A stretch of 64,000 nt of DNA from Octopus sinensis (taxonomy: Eukaryota): positions 119,350,001 through 119,414,000 of the forward strand of contig NC_042999.1 in assembly GCF_006345805.1 (NCBI RefSeq). Direction: 5' to 3'. This document shows positions 25,313-40,463 of the stretch, in pieces. The position numbers were made by a program, and so were the translations under genes. Below the pieces are notes generated by a model. That model saw nothing but the letters and a program-made list of their open reading frames with translations. It did no database searches and was not told the DNA's origin. Positions within the stretch are counted from its first letter, which is position 1. Each line of letters opens with the position of its first letter.

Positions 25313-27270
25313 CGATAGTGTATTCTCTGATGTATTTGTTGCTTTGTATTCACATCTGTATTCTTCTATTGTTCTCTCTATTAATCTGTTAGAATTTCAG
25401 TGTTTTATTCTATGTATAGTGGGTTATTTGTGCCTTATTTGTGGACAAGAGTACAAAGGTTCCTCTGAGGAGTGATTTTTACCACTGAGATCTTATTGTT
25501 GTATAGGCATTCACTATCTTCATGTTGGTGTATGCATTTGTTTGATTCTTTGGTAGATACTGATGTGGTGTATCTATGATGTGTGTGTTGTATATAAATA
25601 TGGGGTTGCATTATTCTGGATGTTAAACTTTAGTATTGAGTTGCTTCTAAGTTTCCCTTTTGTTTCTCAACTTCCTTTAATGTATCCATTACAAATCGTA
25701 TATCATCTACATTAATTGGTGTATATTACGTATTTATGAATTGCTGTTATTCTGTTCTCTCATGGGAATAAGTAGAATGCTGCAAACATTGGATGTAAGG
25801 AGGAAATCTATGGTCACTTCATCCACCTGTGTGAGTAAATTACCATGTGGGCAGTGAAAAGGTACTTCAGTTGTACATATCTTAAGTAGCTTTTATAATA
25901 AATTTGCTGGTATCACAGGTGGCTTTAATTTCAGGTGTTTATATATATTCCTTATTCTGATTTGAATCATTCCTACCACTGAAACATTAGAGTATAAATT
26001 TTCTACATCTAACACAAAGATGTTATACCAAAAGTTTTTATTTTTTCTAAAATCTGTAAAAGATTTTGCAGATGACTTAATACTATATTTCTTTGGTGTA
26101 TTTTGTTTAATAATACTGTCTGTCTCTTTGGTTTAGACGTATTCATTTGGGATATTATGGATCTGTCGGGGATTGTTATTTGTGTACTTTTACTGTGCTG
26201 GGAAAAATTCTCCTCTGCATGAAAAGTAAGGGGATCATATTTGTGCATTTATTGTTGAAATTTATTTGTTTGATTTTATTTCTATCTGTTTGGTGCTATC
26301 TTTCTTGATCTTCATAAATTTGTTTCTGTCTACTTAAATTATTAATTTTTTTATTGCTCTTGACTCTAATCATGATTACAAACATATTAGTTGTCTTAAC
26401 TCTTTCAGATTTTTACATTGTTGCCTTTTGTTCAGTGCTGTTTAAAAGTTTCTGACTTAGGTGCAGGAGTGGCTGTATGGTAAGTAGCTTGCTTACGAAC
26501 CACATGGTTCTGGGTTCAGTCCAACTGCATGGCACTTTGGGCAAATGTCTTCTACTATATCCTTGAGTCAACCAAAGTTTTGTGAGTGGATTTGGTTGAC
26601 AGAAACTGAAGGAAGCCCGTCGTATATATGTATATATATGTATGTATATGTGTGTATGTATGTGTGTGTATACATTTGTGTGTCTGTGTTTGTCTCCCAA
26701 CATCGCTTGATAACTGATGCTGGTGTGTTTACATCCCCGTAACTTAGCGGTTCAGCAAAGGAGACAGATTGAATAAGTATTAGGTTTACAAAGAACAAGT
26801 CCTGGGGTTGATTTGATTCGACAAAAGGCGGTGCTCCAGCATAGCTGCAGTCAAATAACTGAAACAAGTAAAAGAGTAAAGAGTAATATTTGTTAGTTTG
26901 TGGAACTTTGTTTTTATTACATTCACCATGAATTTGGTGTTCAAATTTTTTGCTATGTTTTTGCTCCTCAGATTTTTAAAAACTTTTAGTATAGAAGCAT
27001 GATATCATCTTTTTTCTTGTTATAGTCATATTTAAGTTTTAGGTGAAAGTTTCTACTGAGGTTGAAGAGTGCAATTTATTCAATATTTGCGAGTATGCTT
27101 TGATAAGTTTGTGAACTTATCCTCTTGAGCAGGTAGAGAGATGTTTCTTTTGTTTAGTTTGCATAGATTTTTGATGTTGTAGCTTCTAATATGTCTCGAG
27201 AGAATATCCTGTATTTTAATACAGGTCCCAAACTGAGATAAAGTACTTGATAAAATACTGAATGAACATG
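25313..27270 (-). mobile_element. Penelope-like element RT remnant, interrupted by a SINE at 26460-26885
   Basis: Minus translation with frameshifts: FTNLSKH...LFNLSRNFHLKLKYD; TQVDEVTI..LHPMFAAFYL..ENRI..VDDIRF (PLE RT pattern Q.DGV.MGSPL.P.FA.FY....YVDD). Confidence 0.65.
26460..26885 (+). mobile_element. SINE family A, full length
   Basis: gtgcaggagtggctgtatggtaagtagcttgc...tail gtaaaagagtaaagagt. Confidence 0.9.
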
Positions 27271-27315
27271 CACTAGTATAATGATAATAATAATGATAAT
27301 GATGATGATAATAAT

Positions 27316-27865
27316 GCCCTGATCCAGTACCAGGCACCGGCTCTCATGGCTTTTGATCTTAACTGATTGGAAGTGTTAACATGGACATTGTTTTGTCTTG
27401 CTATAAAAGATGGGATATAGCAAATATTATGCTCGATACCACAGATTTGCTTGTCAGTTGTTTGACCGTAACTAGTTGAGCATGTTTCTCAGTAGCTGAT
27501 GATATGTGTATCTCTAATCACGAGCAGAAGTAGTGGGGGAGCATCATAGCCATGTGTTGAAAGGAATTCTTAGAAGTTTGGATAATTCACCTTTGGAGAC
27601 ATGAGTGGTTCATTCAACATCCTTAAACAGACCTTATTTAGGGACTTTTTGAGTAGATTGGGCTACTTAACCTAAAGAAAATTCTAACTGGGCCTCCACC
27701 TGTAAGGTCATGTACCCCATCTGCAAGATCACCATGTCATGCACATATGGCTGTGATGCATGTGCCGGGTGTACCCTTATCAGACAAGTAGTCATGATGG
27801 GTATAGAGGGCTTCATATATTTTACCCCAGTATCACTTTGATGGCATGCGCTGCTCTCTCACTCA
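27316..27865 (-). mobile_element. about 550-bp non-coding interspersed element flanked on both sides by (AAT)n-type tracts
   Basis: Complex sequence that I recall as an abundant octopus repeat; left flank ataatgataataataat, right flank actactaataat...aataataac; orientation inferred. Confidence 0.65.
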
Positions 27866-29046
27866 ATGCTACTACTACTAATAATGATACTAATAATAAT
27901 AATAACAGCAACAACAACAGCACCCCACTTAATGAGATTGTAACTACTTTGCATCTAAGTACCAAGTCTTACTATTCATAGAATGCTACTCTGTGAGATC
28001 TTTGACAAGAGGTTGCTGTCGGCTCTCACAAAATTAAATGAAGCAAGTAAGGCAAGAGCTCTGAGAAATAAAATTTAATAATAATGATGATGACAATGAT
28101 GATGATGATGATGATATTAATAATAATTATAACAACAACAACAACAGCAATAATAATAATAATGCGCAGGTGTGTGCACGTGTAGGTAAGTGTGTGTGTG
28201 TAAAGAGGGATTTTAATGGTAGGATGGTTAATTGGCTAGCTAGTTAGACATAAGCAGGAATGTGGCTCTTGAGAAATAGTGAATAAGAAAAATATTGGTG
28301 AAAACGTAGTGTAGAAATTAGAAAAATGAATTATTAGAGTATTAACATGGCAACAGTTCTATTAACAGAATGGAAATATATATATATATAGAGGGCACTC
28401 TACATATATTTTTGTTAATCTCAATTTTGTTAATTTCAACAATGCCTCAGGTGTTGTGAAATAAGATGAACTAGAAGAGATAGCAGCCACATATCATTAG
28501 TTACAGAATTTTCTACTGTCAAGTATTCAAGCCAGTACTTTTACCTCCTCAACAGCTTACTCTACCACTTTATTCCTGTATGGTGTTGATGGAATTGTGA
28601 TAGGGTTTGAACTATTCTAGCTTAAAACATCAGTGAAAAAATTCTCAGATAATCTATGGAAGCTTATTTCCATTTTAAGCAAATCTTTACCACAATGTTG
28701 TCACCAAATGTCACAACACTTTCAGGATTGCTTGTGGCATTTTGCAAAGTCTATGTGAAAGGGAATTGGATTTTTTTTTTCAATTATTTTTGGATTGATG
28801 TACGCATTGGCATACATTTTCTGACAAATTCACGAAGCACACGTATAAATATTTATATGCTAGCTTATAAATACATGCCCATTAACAAATGTATATATAC
28901 ATACATATACATACATATATACATACACATATATATATATACAGATAGATGGATAGATAAATACATACATACAAACATACAATCACACATGTGCGTATGT
29001 ACATTTGTATATATATATTTCTACATAAATACATACATATACATAC

Positions 29047-29112
<66 letters not shown>

Positions 29113-30159
29113 GTACACACACATATACATACATACACACATACACATGTGTGTGTGTATATGTATGTTTATGGAAAAATACCTCTTTTAGATCTCTATT
29201 GAAAACGGGATTTTTGTTTCTAATTTTTTTATATACTTTATTAGAGCTCCTTGCAGTTTATTTTGATGAGTTACGTTCCTAAATCCATTATCGACATTTT
29301 TAGCCCTTCATAATTTCAAATTCAGGTTGAAGTGTAGTTGCTGACTGTTGCTAACTCATGGTGGTAGGCAAGGCCAATATGATTGGTGTAAACATTACCC
29401 AGTGAACTTGAATTTTGACAGATTTATGTCATGAGGCTGGTGTTATTTTTGTTTTATGTTTAGCAAACATTAACATTGTGTGCTTTGTGGGACATTGTGA
29501 TATGTTACACTTTATGTATTTTCAAGTTTACAAGCCTCTGTAGTATATAGCGTAAACATATAGTATAAACAATCAAATATCATGCTATCTTTCTAACTCT
29601 TGGAGCAGTTCACATGAAATTTTTAGTCCCATAAAGCCATCTTGGTGCATAAGTCAATGTATCATTTTGGTTGTAAATTTTAGTCTAAAAAATTTCACTT
29701 GAATGCTGGAAAATACATTACTTCCATTATTAATCCTCTATGTTGGTAAGGAATTCTTTAGTATTTAGATGGGCTGTCCATTAATGTTTTTCTATCTAGT
29801 TTTGCTGTTTATGGTGCAGTGTACTTATACTGTAGCTGAACCTTGTTATAAGGGAATGGTGAACTGAGAAGAAAGTCTAGTACTTGTATGTTGTAAAATC
29901 AGTCATTTGTAGGCTGCTCTTGAGTTTACACACTTGTAATTTGTTAGTGATAAGGCTTGTAATTTTAGAGTGTTAATGGTATGTTATTTGTATTTAAAGT
30001 TTGGTGTAATACGAACAATGGAATGGGAGAGTATATTAGCAAAAGCCTTATAAAAGAGAAGACATAATGCATTATGCTATTAAATAGCGTATATTGTAAG
30101 AAGCCCATTTCTAATTCTTTTTCTCCTTATATATGTACACACATAGGTGGTGTAATATA

Positions 30160-31036
30160 CAAGGTGGTATCAAAAAGTTCCTGGATTACTTCTGTAGCAT
30201 GCCAACAGATGGCAGCACATGATTGCATGCACAGTGAAAGCTAGCAGTGATGTTCCCGAGGCAGTATGCCAAGTGACATTGTTTTGTTTACTTCATAAGT
30301 TGTGAAATTTGTGTTTTTTGTGATTAGATGTATGCTGCATGAACAAAGAGCTAGCGCAAAATTTTGCATTAAACTTGGAAAGTCTGCTACAGAGAAATTG
30401 AGCATGTTTCAGCAAGTTCACAGCGACAAGGCAATTGACTGTATGCAATGTTCTGAGTGGCACAGGTGCTTCAAAAATGGAAGAACATCTCTAAAAGATG
30501 ATGAGTGATCTGGAAGAACTTCCACAAGTGTCACCCCCAGAAATGTGGTATTGTGCATTGTAAATTTATCCTTTAGGGCAGACCAGCAATCAAGAGTTCT
30601 ACTGTGGCATTTTGAAGCATTTGAAGGAGGCCATTTGGCAAAAGTGACTGGATCTGTGGAGTGCAAAGAACTGCATTCTTCATGGTGAAAATGCATCGCC
30701 ACCAAGCTCTTCTCACTTGTGAGTTTCTTATCCAAAACAACATGGTATCACTTCTGCACCCACCCTATTCACCAGATTTAGCACCTGCAGGCTTCCATCT
30801 CTTCCCCAAGATGAAAATGCAGCTCAAAGGTTACTGTTTTTACAAGATCCAGAATGAATTGCAAAAGGTCCTCAACTCGCTTACGAAAAATGACTTCCAG
30901 GCCAGATTCCGAAAGGGACAGGAAGGCTGGTACCAGTGTATTGCTGCACAAGGTGACTATTTCGAATGAGATAATAATGAAATAAATTATCTTTTATTAA
31001 AGATAACTAGTCTGGGAACATTTTGATACCACCTCG
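30160..31036 (+). mobile_element. internally deleted mariner element (about 880 bp) with TIRs and TA TSD
   Basis: TA|caaggtggtatcaaaaagttcctgga ... ctgggaacattttgataccacctcg|TA; transposase remnants EQRASAKFCIKLGKSATE and HPPYSPDLAPAGFHLFPKMK; central part missing. Confidence 0.93.
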
Positions 31037-31084
31037 TACATATATTCATGTATGTAAGTATCTATATATGGAGATATTCTTATA

Positions 31085-31289
31085 TTCTTTTGTTTCAGTC
31101 ATTTGAATGCAGCCATGTTGGAGCACTGCCTTTAGTTGAGCAAATCGACCCCAGGACTTATTTTTTGTAAGCCTGGTACTTATTCTATCAGTCTCTTTTG
31201 CCAAACCGCTAAGTTATGGGGGTTGTAAACACAGCAGCATCGGTTCTCAAGTGATGTAGGAGGGACAAACACAGACACACAAATATATC

Positions 31290-31310
<21 letters not shown>
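31085..31310 (-). mobile_element. SINE family A, 3' half
   Basis: Similarity to 2790-3000. Confidence 0.85.
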
Positions 31311-31320
<10 letters not shown>

Positions 31321-31379
31321 TTATCTATATATATATTTATTTATTTATTTATATATATATATGAATATACATATATATA

Positions 31380-31525
31380 GGGAGAATTCACAAAAAGAAA
31401 ACAAAAGACAAAGACAGGTGGTGTAGAAAACAAACAGATGTATTATTATAATGCTCAGGAATTGAAAATGTCTTTAATGTTTCAATCCTATGCTCTTCCA
31501 CAGAAAAGAACACAGGAGAGAAACA
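31380..31525 (-). mobile_element. Penelope-type terminal repeat fragment with a degenerate hammerhead-like motif
   Basis: Minus strand cttttCTGTGGAagagcataggattGAAAcattaaag...ttcctgagc; homologous to 47760-47850. Confidence 0.55.
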
Positions 31526-31596
31526 AGGAGAGAAATATATATATATATGCAATTATAATATGACAATGTTTGACACACACACATATATATATATAT

Positions 31597-31745
31597 ATGG
31601 TTGGCGTTAGGAAGGGCATCCTGCGGTAGAAACTCTGCCAGATCAAGATTGAAGCCTGGTGCAGCCATCTGGTTCACCAGCCTTCAGTCATTCGTCTAAC
31701 CCATGCTAGCATGGAAAGTGTACGTTAAACAATGATGATGATGAT
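31597..31745 (+). mobile_element. RTE 3' tail fragment
   Basis: ggttggcgttaggaagggcatcc...ccatgctagcatggaaagtgtacgttaaacaatgatgatgatgat. Confidence 0.85.
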
Positions 31746-33619
31746 GTATATGTTATTATAATACGGCACTGTACCTGAAGAGACCTACTAGCAAATCTTG
31801 TAAACTTAGCCTGCAATGTAAACAGACATTTTAACTGTAATTTTGCCCCATTTCTATTTCTTTTTCTCTACCCTCTCTTATTACCTTTACTTCCCTCCAG
31901 TAAAGGATATCACCAAAAGTGTTAGATCCTTTTCTCTTATTTTATTTGGTGTATTTATTTTCATCATTCACATTCTTCATTCGATATTGTTTCATTACTG
32001 TTTTACCCCCTTTTCACCACAACTCATCTAACCTTATACATTATTTGTTTGTTTTTCTTGTCATTACTTTCTAATCTTCCTCATTTTACTAGTGAGTGAT
32101 TTTTTATTGACTTACATTCTTATGCTTACATAGAACAAATAATTGCTATTACTTCACAGATTAACAATTCCAATATAGAACATATATGATATACATAGAC
32201 ACACTCACTTAAATGTATATATGTATATGTGTGTGTGTGTGTGCATATGTGTGTGTGTATACTTATTTATATACACATGTATACACACACACACATATAT
32301 ACAAATATTGCATGTGCTAGTGATTTGCTGTGTGTGTATGTACACATACACATGCATATACACATATATAGCAATCTTTTGGATCTCTTATGTATATATA
32401 TATATATTATATATACACATATATGCTTGTGTGTGTGAGTGTACATGCACACACACATCATGTCACTAGCACATACAGCAGTCAATCAGAATGTTAAATG
32501 TTATAGGTATGACCCAAAAGGTTTTACCTTATGTCCCCGATTGTTTAATGGCTTGAAATCTAATTCATCTTTGCTATAAACAGCAAGTTATATAATTTTC
32601 GCTTTTGTTGTAGACTTATTTTGGTAGCGTATTTTTTTTTGTTTTTGAGTTTCAAACCTCTATGGAGAACACATAATGAAGCATTATAATGTCATAAAGT
32701 TCATTCCACTAGAATAATTTTAAATTCAATTTCCCCAAATATTTGGGTCTCTTGGAAAACACTAAAGAATTTATCTACAGGAAATATATTTAAAGGAAGT
32801 TAGGATGGTGGAACCAATTCCTCATAAAGATTATAGCAAAGCAAGACATATTTGTAAAGATTCTTACCTATCTAATGAACATTTTCTAAGGCCTCTGTCA
32901 TTCAAATTCTGTTGGAAAAAGATGGGAAAACTTCAGTCATTGAAACTGTAGACTTGAAACTAAACTGGGCTTTGTTTGGGGTTTGATATCATGATTCGTT
33001 GCAAGAATGTAACTAGAAAAATTGGGGGAGAAGTTTTAAGGAATGTTAATTCTTCAGTAAGTCTGTAGGTAAGATACAATTCAGTTATACCTCTTGACAT
33101 ATTTGAATAAAGCCAATGTCATCGGTGACAGACAATCATGAGTAGATTGAACAAAATACCTTGACTCCCAAGACACAAGCAGGTAGGTATTGCTGTTCAT
33201 AAGCATTTTGTTTATCTCTGTATTCTGGGATTAAAAATGACTTACTCCTGCAATTCAGAATATGCTGTATAATTTATAGAAGTTTTTCCTACCTTATTTC
33301 TTATAAATAATGAATAGGTAAGTAGCTATGCCCTAACTTCCTATCTGTTTGAAGATCACAATCTTATTATAGAAGAGGAAAAGGATGCACATTGCACATA
33401 AGGAAAATTAGGTTATCTAAGCTCTGAATACAAACACCTATACATATGACACCTATAATTTGAAGATTGTCCCATTTGATAACTATGATTTGAACATATC
33501 CCAGTTTGAGCATAAGAAATTATGCTAAGCCTATATGCCTATTTGTATAAGTATATTCATGAGTCTATACATATATATATATGTGTGTGTGTGTGTGTGC
33601 GAGTGTGTGTATATATATA

Positions 33620-33670
<51 letters not shown>

Positions 33671-33783
33671 ATATATGTATGTATGTATATATATGTATGT
33701 ATGTATGTATATGCATATATATTTGTATGTACGTATGTATGTATATGCATATATATGTATACATATATGTATATATACATATG

Positions 33784-33823
<40 letters not shown>

Positions 33824-33905
33824 CATGTATGTATATCTTGTGATATTTACATTCCACCGAAAGATACATACACGCAAATACACACAGGTTTACAGCAGTC
33901 ATTCA

Positions 33906-33942
<37 letters not shown>

Positions 33943-34459
33943 TGATGACCATATATTATGTAGATGGCAGTAAGCAACAAATCACTCACCATTGTTTGAA
34001 TGATAGGGCATTTGGAAAGAGAACAAAGAGAGTAGTTCACTAAAAGACACCAGAGATGAGTATTAGAAGCTTATAATAAAAAAAAGAACACACACACATG
34101 CTTGGCAGCATAGTTTTCCTTGAATCAGCAAAATGTTTGTACATAAGTCTTACACTATCTATTCTATATCATTGTTTTTGACAATAATCCACAGCGTTAG
34201 TGAAACTAATCTAAGTATATACAGTGTCAATTTTTCACCATCTGAATGCTTCCATTTCAGAATTTCATTATTGAATGTGAAAGGTGTTACTAGCACTGAT
34301 TGTCACTGGACAGTGGATAGAGTTTTCTATGCTAGAAATTTAAAGTGGATGCAGATCAATGAAATTTAACAAGTAGTGACAATGAATAGCTTAAATGTAT
34401 GACTGAAATTTTCTCTAAACTTTTTCTTACTCATAGCAGCTATTTCTTCTTCTTTTTTT

Positions 34460-34870
34460 TTCCCCTTGATAGTCTCAGTAAATAATCCAAAAGTCCCGGT
34501 GCAAATTTATCAACAGTTTAAATATAGCAGTATAAAAGATTATGTTACCCAAGAAGATTCTTGAGACCAGCAACAAAACAATGCTTGAAAGTCATTGAAG
34601 AATTATTGGATGTTGGAATTATTTTGCATATTTTCAATCAGCAGCAAAACAATTACTCAAACTAGTTCAAAGAAAGAGACAGTAGCAAGAATTATATACA
34701 GCAAGAAATATTTCCATGTATTATCACTGCAGTCAACATTGGCATTACATACAGATCACAGATTCTTTTCCATTGATGTTCTTGGAGGATCTGGTAAAAC
34801 ATATTAGTATAATATGCTTATTGGCTGCTTGAAGCAATGAGGAAAACTGTTCTCTGCTTTGTAATCATAG
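34460..34870 (+). mobile_element. Helitron Pif1-type helicase remnant
   Basis: FFSIDVLGGSGKTY*YNMLIGCLKQ*GK resembles Helitron helicase motif I (FFIDGPGGTGKTFLYN..L..VR..GK). Confidence 0.75.
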
Positions 34871-35099
34871 GAATAAATGTAGTTTTGTGAGATTTGTGAC
34901 AGCAGATTTAGACTTTCTATCATTAACTGGATCCACCAACATTCTCTGTGAAAACTCCTTCCTTTGACTAAATATATCCTCTAAGATTCTCTATAATTGC
35001 AGAAACATCTATACTATTTGCTGGTGCTCTTAGAATAATTGATATACTCCTAAATACGATAAGGAGAAATAACAAAGAGAACGAAAACAGATTTACATT

Positions 35100-35560
35100 T
35101 TAAGCTTCAGAAGTCTTGCCTATTTTTGCAGTTCTGTTTACAGATTGTATTTCTAATACATATGTTAGCTAATTGATTCCTCTTTTCTGAAAACTTCCGC
35201 CTTTCAAGATAGTTACTTTGGCATTTACTTGCTAAAATGAGTAAAACCAATTATTACTGGTATAGATGTGAATTTATAATTTGGGTATAGAAGCTGGCTA
35301 TAAAAGGTTTCAAAGCAGATGTTTATAGTTATCCTCCTTCTCTTTAATCTTTGAAGAGTTATTCACATCAGTAGGGCAACTGACCTCTGTGGTGACACAT
35401 ACATTTTTCTTCTCTGTCCCAAACAACTATATCTGGCTTATTATGTTTACACTTGGTAGAGGTTTTGATGGGAGTCTTCCTCCAATACTCATTATATTAA
35501 TGTTTACATATCTATTCAATAACATGGACGGGGTTCTCTATATCTACCTCAGGACAGTCT
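35100..35560 (-). mobile_element. R4/Dong/NeSL-type LINE RLE-domain fragment
   Basis: Minus translation YWRKTPIKTSTKCKHNKPDIVVWDREE...EVSCPTDVN..KIKEKEDNY (PD..D/E-xK RLE core). Confidence 0.82.
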
Positions 35561-35574
35561 TTCTATATTTTTAT

Positions 35575-35975
35575 GTGGTTGTATGGTAAGAAGCTTGCTT
35601 CTCAACCACATGGTACCAGGTTCAGTTCCTATGTGTGGCACCTTGGGCAAGTGTCTTCTACTATAGCCTCGGGTGGACAAAAGCCTTGGTAGACAGAAAC
35701 TGGAAGAAGCCCATCGTATATATTTATATATATATATATGTATACATTGGTGTGTCTGTGTTTGTCACCCCACACTATCGTTTGACAACCGATGGTGGTG
35801 TGTTTACATCCCTGTAATTTAGTGGTTTGGGAAAAGAGGCCAATAGAATAAGTACTAGGCTTACAAGGAATAAATCCTGGGGTTGATTTGTTTGACTAAA
35901 ACCCTTCAAGGCAGTGCTCCAGCATGACTGCAGTCTAATGACTGAAACAAGTAAAAGATTAAAAGAATAAAAGTA
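35575..35975 (+). mobile_element. SINE family A
   Basis: tggtaagaagcttgcttctcaaccacatgg...tail gtaaaagattaaaagaat. Confidence 0.88.
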
Positions 35976-35979
35976 TATG

Positions 35980-36007
35980 TATGCATGCAAGCATACATGT
36001 ATGTATG

Positions 36008-36047
<40 letters not shown>

Positions 36048-36171
36048 GTATATACGTATAAATATATGAATATATGTATATGTGCATATATATATACATA
36101 CATATATATACATATACTTGTACATATATACGTATAAATATATGAATATATATTTATACATATATATATAT

Positions 36172-36220
<49 letters not shown>

Positions 36221-36447
36221 TAGATAGATAGATAGATAGATATAGATATACACACACACATACAAATGTGTGATATATATATATATGCACACAGGCACAT
36301 TATGCATACACTGAGTAAACCAGACACTCTTATAATACTGCATGCACATATGCATCACACACACTTGCATTTATTGCAATACACCTCAATATACCCATAT
36401 AGATAGATGCAAGTGCACACTTAGACACACAGTGGTATGGTATTATA

Positions 36448-36490
<43 letters not shown>

Positions 36491-37978
36491 AAATACATAT
36501 ATGTATATATACATGTATATATATATATATATGTATAGCTATATAACTGTTGAAATATTATCTTTAAGATTGTGTGATAGCACTAATGTTTACAAATATA
36601 AATTTTTTAAATTCAAATGTAATGATTCTCATATTTCATCTATTTGTCCATGTATCTACCTGTCTGTCTGTGTGTCTCTATTTTCAATCTTTCTGTCTGT
36701 CCATACACACACCCACATGCACACACACACACACATGCACACACACACATTCATACATACACAAATACACCCGTAGACACATACATGCATGCATAAACAC
36801 ATATATACATATATATACATATACACACATACGTACTAACATATTTACATACATAAATACATACATATACCCACACATACATCCATATACACATACATAT
36901 ATATATACATACATACAAATATACATACATACACACAGATACATACATACATGCATACATATAACCATATATGAATAAACACATACATATGCACATACAT
37001 ACATGTAAACATGTATATGCACATATATGCATACATACATATATACATACATACAACAATATGTATACATACAAACATGCATACATACACCCACATACAA
37101 GCATATATGCATAAACACATACACATAGACACATATACTGACAGATATCCAATGTTTTGATGATGTCAAATGATAAGTTTATTATTGTTTTTGTTCCTTT
37201 GATTTAAAAGTCATATTCGACTTCTTTGAATAGTCTTGTGTCATGAATTATATAGTTGAGAACAGAAATAGTGCAGCAATACGATGAAAGTGCCAATATC
37301 ACATCACAGCTACACAATGCCATATAATAGAGAAAGACAGAAAGTTGAAAAGAAATAAAGTGAATACAGCACCCGTAGTTCTAACAGGCTATTATCCTTC
37401 CATTAATGCGTCTTCTTATTTCAGCATTGTAAAAACACCAGATTTCTCTGAAAGAAATGAAATAAAACAAAAGCTTATAAACACACACATACATATGCAC
37501 ACACATGCACATATACACATGTGCATACAAATATTTACTCTCTCATATGGTATTATAAAATGCATGTATTATATCATATACACACACTTAAATCTACGTA
37601 TACACATGCACATATACATGCTCACAGAAATTATGCACACAACAGGATATTGCATATACACATATATACACATATATGCACCATATGCACACTGTATATT
37701 TCCTAATATGCTCATACATATATGTACATTAGCACATTGTGCAGACACACAATTAGGGAGACATTTGTATGATACTGCATAGACATATGCAGCACACACT
37801 TGCATTTACATCAATACTTCTCAACATACATATGCAGACAGATGCAGGTGCACACTTATGCACATAGTGGTATGCTATTGCAAGATACATCTCACACATA
37901 AATGCTTGCCCTTGCACCAACAAGTCTTTATGCAAACACACACATGCATACAAGTAGACACAGATATACATACATATA

Positions 37979-38015
<37 letters not shown>

Positions 38016-38096
38016 ATTGGATATCTGTCAATATATGTGTCTATGTGCATGTGTTTATGCATATATGCTTGTATGTATGTATGTGTGTTTGTTTGC

Positions 38097-38164
<68 letters not shown>

Positions 38165-39512
38165 GTGTATATATATGTATATACATATGTGTATATATGA
38201 GTGTGTGTGTGTGTATGTATGTATGTATATATAAACAGACATATGCACACAGTGATGTACATTATTTTAGAATTATATTGTATACAGACATCTCCCACCA
38301 TCACTTGTACATGTCTCAAAATATCTTCACATCTATATACACACAGACAGGTAGAACAGGTGCATGCACACACATGCACACATGTACATGTTTATGTGCA
38401 TACATATATATTTTCAGTCATCCCTGTTACATACAGTGTTACATTCACGCTCACACTCACGTTTGCACTTACCCTCCTCCTCGTACAGCCTATCAAGTTA
38501 CATAAGCACAAAGGAGCTCAGTAGGGAACTTTTGTCTATGTGGTTACTAATCTACTAGAAATAACAGTCAAATCTCCCTTATATCACACTGCCTTCTTAA
38601 CAAAAAGAACACATTGGGTAATGTAGTTCTGTTTTTGGGGTTTATTTTTCTCTGTACAGAGAAAAGACTGAGTGGTCATGGTTGGAATGCTTCTGATCAT
38701 GGATTTGCCCAGTCATGACCGACCTGGGGCTAAACAACATCAATAAGTTATAAAGACTTATTGATTCATATGCCTTTATCTACACAAAAACACAAAAATT
38801 TCACTCATTCAGCTACAGTTATGTACATATATTACACGAGTACACACTCTTACTACATCCATTAAATGCACTAATATACATAACACTAACACAGACACAG
38901 ACACAGACACACACACATACATACTTGACAGCTATATCCAACAGTAACTATGTACGCATACTAATGTTAACATACAGTTGCTTGTACACATGCACTTACA
39001 CATACTGCATAATAGAGATAAACATACAAAATAATACTCATTAATAGATGCAGATTCTCTAACAAGCTCCCATCTATTACATAACAAATGCATATGCTAC
39101 ACAGAGCACACATATTGCATAATATAATACACATATATTACATAACAGACATAGATATTACATAACACACATGCATATATTTCACATAATGAATACATAC
39201 ATATTATATAACATACACAGGTATGTCACACAACAAACATACATATATAGCAAATACACATGTGTATATAAATATCGCATAATAAACACATATAACATAA
39301 AGAACACTCACACATACACACACATACACACACACACACATATATATGTATGTATCATCATCATCTCCATCATCCTTTAAAGTTCTTTTTCCATGCTGGC
39401 ATGGGTTGGACAATTCGACAGCATGGAAAACAGACATATACACACACGCACGCACACACACACATACATTCATATATATGTGTATGTGTGTGTATGTATA
39501 TATATATTATAT

Positions 39513-39546
<34 letters not shown>

Positions 39547-39651
39547 CATACATATATATATATATATTATATATATATATATTATATATATATATATATA
39601 TACACACATATATATATATATACATACACACACACATATATATATACACAC

Positions 39652-39697
<46 letters not shown>

Positions 39698-39718
39698 TAT
39701 ATACACACACACATATAT

Positions 39719-39775
<57 letters not shown>

Positions 39776-40050
39776 TATCTATACATACAGACTTAAACAC
39801 ACACACATATATATATATATACACATACTCACACACACACACACCTATCCCACCTCACATGCACACATATGCAACGTGCATACTTGAAACACATGCACAT
39901 GCACAGACATCTATATTCAAAAGCAATTATGCATACACAGAATATAACATAAATTCACTGACATGTTCACACACATACACAACACAAGGCACATGCATGC
40001 ACACATGCAAACACACATGCATGCATACACACACACACACAAACACTTTG
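35980..40050. repeat. about 4-kb block dominated by (TA)n/(CA)n/(TACA)n low-complexity repeats with short repeat remnants
   Basis: Direct reading. Confidence 0.9.
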
Positions 40051-40411
40051 CAAAGTAACGTTAGACATTAGTCAGACATTTATACAGTAATGTGAGGTTG
40101 GTTTAATATTATTTGGGATTTTTTAATATCAAAATCTTGTTATGTTTGTTGTTATTGTTGTGTGCCTTTATGTGAGTTTTGTCTTTTTTTCTTTTACACA
40201 TATTGCAAAAAGACAAAAACAAAACCCTCAAAACAACTGTAGCAGCAGCAGCAGCAGCAGTAGAAGACTGAGCAGTAGAAAGGAGCAGAAGAAAGAAAAA
40301 CACAATAAAACCAATAAAAAATGAGTACAGCAAAAATAAAGGCAAACAATCAGGGAAACAACTGATATAAAACTGGGTGTGTATAATAATACTAACAAAA
40401 ATAATAATAAC

Positions 40412-40463
<52 letters not shown>

